Below, piece by piece: positions 19,580 through 24,086 of a DNA stretch of 24,086 nucleotides (position 1 is its first letter; the number at the start of each line of letters is the position of its first letter). The notes beneath the pieces are model-generated. The model did not search any database. It was not told the origin of the DNA and saw only the letters and a list, made by a program, of their open reading frames with translations. The stretch is from contig DATGZA010000052.1 of the NCBI GenBank assembly GCA_035297365.1, positions 1 to 24,086 on the forward strand, read 5' to 3'. A program made the position numbers and the translations under genes. The DNA is from Nitrososphaeraceae archaeon (GTDB lineage Archaea; Thermoproteota; Nitrososphaeria; Nitrososphaerales; Nitrososphaeraceae).

Positions 19580-20335
19580 TTATTGTTTATAGCCACCGTA
19601 GGATAATAGAAATACCTGACCTGTTGTATTGAATTTGTTTTCTGTGTATGCTTTTTCAACTTCTGATAACGTCAAAGGCCTATCCCATACTCTTATTTCG
19701 TCGATATCCCCTGTAAAGAATTTGTCTAGATTCAAGGAATTAGCTCCAATTCTCAATGGTTGAGTACCAGTGTTATCTATGGTTGCATTATTGGTGGCTA
19801 GTTTTCCTATTTGTTTTCCATCCACATAAAGAGACACAGCTGACCCATTATACGTAACAGCAGCATGATGCCACTTCCCGTCATTATATTTATTTGGTGT
19901 CTTTACAAAGAAATTATCTCCTGACGTTGCTTCAAAACCTCCTTCTACTTCATTATTATCTGTAATCCATAACCCGTAATTCATGTTCATGCCTGTCTCG
20001 TCGCTACCCATTCCTCCTTTGTTTACCATATGACCAGGTTCGGTATAATTATGAGATGTTTTAAACCAAGTAACTATACTGAATTTGGTCAATTGTGGCG
20101 AAAGGTTGGCTGGAAGATCTTGAAACTTGGAATCTTTAAGTGTATTAAATGGTTCGTACTGATAATTTCCTGTAACATTCGTTGGCAACACTGCTGTAGC
20201 ATTCGTTGGCAACACTGCTGTAGCGTTTTGTCCATTAACAGGCAATACTGAAAAAGACAGAAAGACTGTTAAAAAAATCGAAGTGACAGCGACTGGAGTC
20301 ATAGCTAGCAGTACTACATTACTTTTATTTTTCAT
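19580..20335 (-). CDS. Secreted LamG/concanavalin-A-like jellyroll domain protein
   Basis: Signal peptide; FSIVTWFKT, DGKWHHAAVTY, LYVDG, LRIG, F.GDIDEIRVWDRPLT. Confidence 0.92.
   Translation of the reverse strand: MKNKSNVVLLAMTPVAVTSIFLTVFLSFSVLPVNGQNATAVLPTNATAVLPTNVTGNYQYEPFNTLKDSKFQDLPANLSPQLTKFSIVTWFKTSHNYTEPGHMVNKGGMGSDETGMNMNYGLWITDNNEVEGGFEATSGDNFFVKTPNKYNDGKWHHAAVTYNGSAVSLYVDGKQIGKLATNNATIDNTGTQPLRIGANSLNLDKFFTGDIDEIRVWDRPLTLSEVEKAYTENKFNTTGQVFLLSYGGYKQ
20176..20223 (-). repeat. In-frame 24-bp tandem repeat within the LamG gene
   Basis: CATTCGTTGGCAACACTGCTGTAG x2, encoding NATAVLPT x2. Confidence 0.9.
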
Positions 20336-20754
20336 ATTTACTAATAGAAATGGGAAATGTATTATAAAGATAGTGTAAGAAAATACAGATATATTTATAG
20401 TTTAAAATAATGGAAAACAATTCTGAAATTTCTTATAATCATTTTTGCAGATTGTAATTTAATATCGATGATTTAATTGTTATATATAAGATTGATAGAC
20501 TTCGCACATAATTTTCAGAATGGTATATTTGTCAGTTATTGCTAGATGTTTTCTACGACGCCAATATTCCAACTTGGCAAAGTATTATTACTGAATGGAG
20601 ATGGAATAATTTTCTTGAAAAAAGTAGAGTGGTAAAACATATTGAACTTGCTCCAAATTAATATTCAATCTTTTTATAGTATAACAACAAGCATAGATAA
20701 ACAAAAATAAATATTATTTTAGGATTTCTTACATAAATGATGTTTTCAGCATGA

Positions 20755-23004
20755 TTATGTTATACTTTTACCGATAAAACTATCAAGACTAGGTTTTCCA
20801 AATCGTTCAGCTATCTTTTCATACATACTTATCTCTTGAACAGACAATGGTCTAATTTTTTTCATTGCTTCTTCAAAATGGTGCATTGTTATTTTTAATT
20901 CATTCTTTTTATCGTCTGCTTCTTTTGGATCTTTATATTTTGTTATATGTTCTCTTAATGCCAACATAACTGCAGCTGAGGCTAGAGCAGCAATATCCGC
21001 ACCTGTATAACCTTTGGTTTTCTCTACCAGGTCTTTTATTTTTACATCATCAGCAAGAGGCTTCTTTTTAGTATGAATTGAAAAAATTTGTGTCCTTGAT
21101 TCATCATCTGGAGGAGCAACATAAAGTAATCTGTCAAATCTTCCTGGACGCAGTAATGCTGGATCTATTATATCAGGTCGATTAGTAGATGCGATCACCA
21201 CTACATTTGTCAATATCTCCAAACCATCTAGTTCTGTTAATAGCTGACTAATTACACGTTCTGTCACATGAGAATCGCTTCCAGCTCCTCCCCGTGCCGG
21301 GGTAATTGCATCAATTTCATCAAAAAAGATCAAACATGGTGCTGCCTGTCGTGCTTTTCTAAATACTTCTCTTACTCCTTTTTCCGATTCGCCAACCCAT
21401 TTCGAAAGAAGTTCCGGTCCTTTTATACTAATGAAGTTAGCTTCGCTTTCATTAGCCGTAGCTTTTGCAATAAGTGTTTTTCCTGTGCCAGGCGGTCCGT
21501 ATAAAAGAACTCCTTTTGGTGGCGTTGCATCAGTATGGTTAAAAAGACCTTGATATTTTAGTGGCCATTCTACTGCTTCCTGTAGCTCTTGCTTAATTGT
21601 GGTAAGCCCACCTATGTCATCCCATTTAACATCTGGAACTTCAACAAAAACCTCTCTGAGAGCAGAAGGTTCCATTTCTTTGATCACTTCTAGAAAATCT
21701 TGCATGGTCACCACTATTTTCTTCAAGGTTTCAGAAGGTATGCTTTCGGTTGCAAGGTCTATTTCTGGTAATACCTTTCTCAAAGAGCGCATCGCGGCTT
21801 CTTTTGCCAGTGCATGAAGATCAGCACCTACAAAACCATGAGACATACTGGCTAACTTTTCAAGCTCCACATCCTTCGAAAGGGGCATTCCCCTAGTATG
21901 AATCTGAAGGATTTCGAATCTCCCTTCTTTATCAGGAACACCGATCTCAATCTCTCTATCAAATCTTCCAGGACGCCTAAGTGCTGGATCGATGGCATTT
22001 ATCCTGTTCGTTGCCCCTATTACAACAACTTTTCCTCTTGAAGACATTCCATCCATCAAGGATAACAGCTGTGCAACAATTCTTCGTTCAACCTCTCCAC
22101 TGACTTCATCTCTATTTGGTGCGATAGAATCAATCTCATCAATAAAAATTATTGAAGGTGCATTTTGTTCTGCCTGTTTGAACACATTTCGTAGTTTTTC
22201 TTCTGATTCTCCATAAAATTTGCTCATTATCTCAGGACCACCGATGGTATAATAGCTTGCATTGGTTTCATTTGCAATAGCCTTTGCAAGCAAAGTTTTA
22301 CCAGTGCCGGGAGGTCCATGTAATAACACACCTTTTGGTGCTTCTACACCAAGCCTTCTAAACAATTCAGGATGCCTCAATGGAAGTTCTATCATCTCTC
22401 TTACCCGGGATACTTGGCCCTTGATCCCTCCAATATCCTCATATGTTATTGAGGGAGCAATTCCTTCTTTGGCAATCTGTACAGCTTTAGCACTTTCTTC
22501 TGAAATAATTATTTCGGTTGATTCATTAATTAATACCGGACCTGATGGTCTTGTAGATATTACAACCAAATCCACACGTTGACTCATTATAATGAGCGGA
22601 ATGACATCGCCAGTAGTTACCAGATTACCAAGCAAATATTCTCCGAGATATTCTTCTGCACCTACAATTCTAAGAGGTTCAGTTGGTGCAAGGGTGATAC
22701 TTTGAGCATCTTTGGATTCTATTTTTTTAAGATCAACAAGATCATTTATACCTACATCAAGTCTATTTCTAATATATCCATCAATCCGGATTAGACCTTT
22801 TCCTCTATCATTTTCTCTTGCCGGCCAATTTAATACCGTTACTTTTTTACCCAGAGAAGAGACCTCTATAACATCACCAGATGATATTTGTAATTGATGT
22901 GCGATATCTGGGTCTATACGTGCAATTTTTCTTCCCACATCTCTTTGTTCTGCTTCTGCAACTTTGAGACTTGGATTTAATTTATTGTTACCGTTTTGAC
23001 TCAT
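20755..23004 (-). CDS. cdc48: CDC48/VCP/p97-family AAA+ ATPase
   Basis: N domain plus two AAA modules (GPPGTGKT x2, [34 protein letters not shown]). Confidence 0.97.
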   Translation of the reverse strand: MSQNGNNKLNPSLKVAEAEQRDVGRKIARIDPDIAHQLQISSGDVIEVSSLGKKVTVLNWPARENDRGKGLIRIDGYIRNRLDVGINDLVDLKKIESKDAQSITLAPTEPLRIVGAEEYLGEYLLGNLVTTGDVIPLIIMSQRVDLVVISTRPSGPVLINESTEIIISEESAKAVQIAKEGIAPSITYEDIGGIKGQVSRVREMIELPLRHPELFRRLGVEAPKGVLLHGPPGTGKTLLAKAIANETNASYYTIGGPEIMSKFYGESEEKLRNVFKQAEQNAPSIIFIDEIDSIAPNRDEVSGEVERRIVAQLLSLMDGMSSRGKVVVIGATNRINAIDPALRRPGRFDREIEIGVPDKEGRFEILQIHTRGMPLSKDVELEKLASMSHGFVGADLHALAKEAAMRSLRKVLPEIDLATESIPSETLKKIVVTMQDFLEVIKEMEPSALREVFVEVPDVKWDDIGGLTTIKQELQEAVEWPLKYQGLFNHTDATPPKGVLLYGPPGTGKTLIAKATANESEANFISIKGPELLSKWVGESEKGVREVFRKARQAAPCLIFFDEIDAITPARGGAGSDSHVTERVISQLLTELDGLEILTNVVVIASTNRPDIIDPALLRPGRFDRLLYVAPPDDESRTQIFSIHTKKKPLADDVKIKDLVEKTKGYTGADIAALASAAVMLALREHITKYKDPKEADDKKNELKITMHHFEEAMKKIRPLSVQEISMYEKIAERFGKPSLDSFIGKSIT

Positions 23005-23472
23005 ATTTATGTTTATTTATTGGTTTGCCACCTTATTTAAAGAAATCAGGTTATTACAATGAAATAAAAGAACTAAAAATTAAATCATGTATCGTGTAGC
23101 TGATAGATTAAACGAAACTCCGATATTAAATACAATTATTGAATATTATATTACACAAGATAATATATTCAAACCAATAAAACGTGAAAGCTAGAACATG
23201 GAAGCTAACAAAAACGAATTTTACTAAATTAGATGGATATAAATCAGAGACCATCAAATGATCCAATTTTCTCGATCATTTTTGTGATTACGTAATCATC
23301 AAATTTCTTTTCGAAATCTATTATATGTATTGTTTTTAATTGCATCAGATTCTTTATATAAAGCAAAAACTGAAGAAGTAATATGATAATGAAAATGGTT
23401 CCTCTTACTCGATAAAATGGTTAAATCCCTGAAAACACAGCTATATAAATATATTGGTAACAAAACATAAAA

Positions 23473-23554
23473 TTTTTCGGCGCCGAAAAAGATCTAAATT
23501 AAAATAAAATATTATATGAATTGACTCTAATGCCACGAATACCTTTAAAGGTAT
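23473..23554. promoter_or_regulatory. Two perfect palindromes upstream of the 23589 gene, one centred on a TATA-like TTTAAA
   Basis: TTTTTCGGCGCCGAAAAA (23473-23490) and ATACCTTTAAAGGTAT (23539-23554); GGTGA SD-like motif at 23574-23578. Confidence 0.5.
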
Positions 23555-23588
23555 AAATGACGTTAAAAAACATGGTGAAGAAATTAAA

Positions 23589-23996
23589 ATGATAATAGTA
23601 GATGAAAAATTGATAATCGATCATGATCAGAATAGAAAACTTGCCAATGTAACTGTTACTGGAGAAATAAGATTTTCACCACAAGAGATATATCAAATGA
23701 TTAATTATGAGGAAAAGTTGTTTAAATTGAAATGTGAATTATGGGGACAGGATATGGTTGCTAAAGACAAGTTATACACATTTAATCCGCTAAAATATTA
23801 TCCGGGTTATACACCTAATCCCACTGAAAGATTTACATTCAAAGAAATACTAGGTCAAGGAGTTTTAGACGAGGATGTAGGAAAAGAAGAGATATATGCA
23901 AAACTCATTTTGACTAATCTACTTACTGGAAATCAAGTTATTGATAAAACTGAAGCTATAAGCTTTGGAAAAAAAATTTATGCCAGTTCATTTTGA
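23589..23996 (+). CDS. Hypothetical protein (135 aa, probably beta-rich)
   Basis: ORF with SD-like motif; CELWGQD, LDEDVGKEEIYAKL.L segments look conserved-like but no function recognised. Confidence 0.75.
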   Translation: MIIVDEKLIIDHDQNRKLANVTVTGEIRFSPQEIYQMINYEEKLFKLKCELWGQDMVAKDKLYTFNPLKYYPGYTPNPTERFTFKEILGQGVLDEDVGKEEIYAKLILTNLLTGNQVIDKTEAISFGKKIYASSF

Positions 23997-24037
23997 CTAA
24001 TCTATTTACTGGAAATCAAGTTATTGATAAAACGGAA
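23905..24037 (+). repeat. 50-bp direct repeat (48/50 identical), period 83 bp
   Basis: TCATTTTGACTAATCTAYTTACTGGAAATCAAGTTATTGATAAAACKGAA at 23905-23954 and 23988-24037. Confidence 0.9.
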
Positions 24038-24086
24038 ACCTAAAATGACTTTCATTATTAGATAATAAACTGAAACTATTGTTCTG

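Noticed and set aside
23905-24037. CRISPR interpretation of the 50-bp repeat with a 33-bp spacer
   Set aside because: Only two good copies, the first lies in coding sequence, the unit is longer than typical CRISPR repeats, and no cas genes are in the window.

Overview
Very AT-rich archaeal-type window. Gene content, short or absent 5' leaders with TATA boxes about 25 nt upstream of starts, and long intergenic gaps point to a soil ammonia-oxidising archaeon (Nitrososphaeraceae-like); this assignment is inference. Recognisable genes: SDR oxidoreductase, SPFH/stomatin, a ComA (phosphosulfolactate synthase)-like domain fused to a C-terminal winged-HTH, an SsuBC/SsuA-type (NitT/TauT) ABC importer, a secreted purple-acid-phosphatase-type metallophosphoesterase, an FxLYD protein, family-5 uracil-DNA glycosylase, a CBS protein, a TauE/SafE exporter, a doubly frameshifted CDF transporter, a LamG protein and Cdc48. 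Features missing from the ORF track: a 45-aa Zn-ribbon microprotein with a His/Cys tail, a small membrane ORF, two decayed IS5 (IS903-like) left ends, a 149-bp MITE-like element inside the ABC locus, and several palindromes and direct repeats. The best candidate for a new system is the ComA-wHTH fusion: its active-site motifs look diverged, so it may be an enzyme-derived sulfonate/sulfite-sensing transcription factor, and it lies near a sulfonate-type importer and a sulfite-exporter-family gene. No rRNA, tRNA or CRISPR array was seen.
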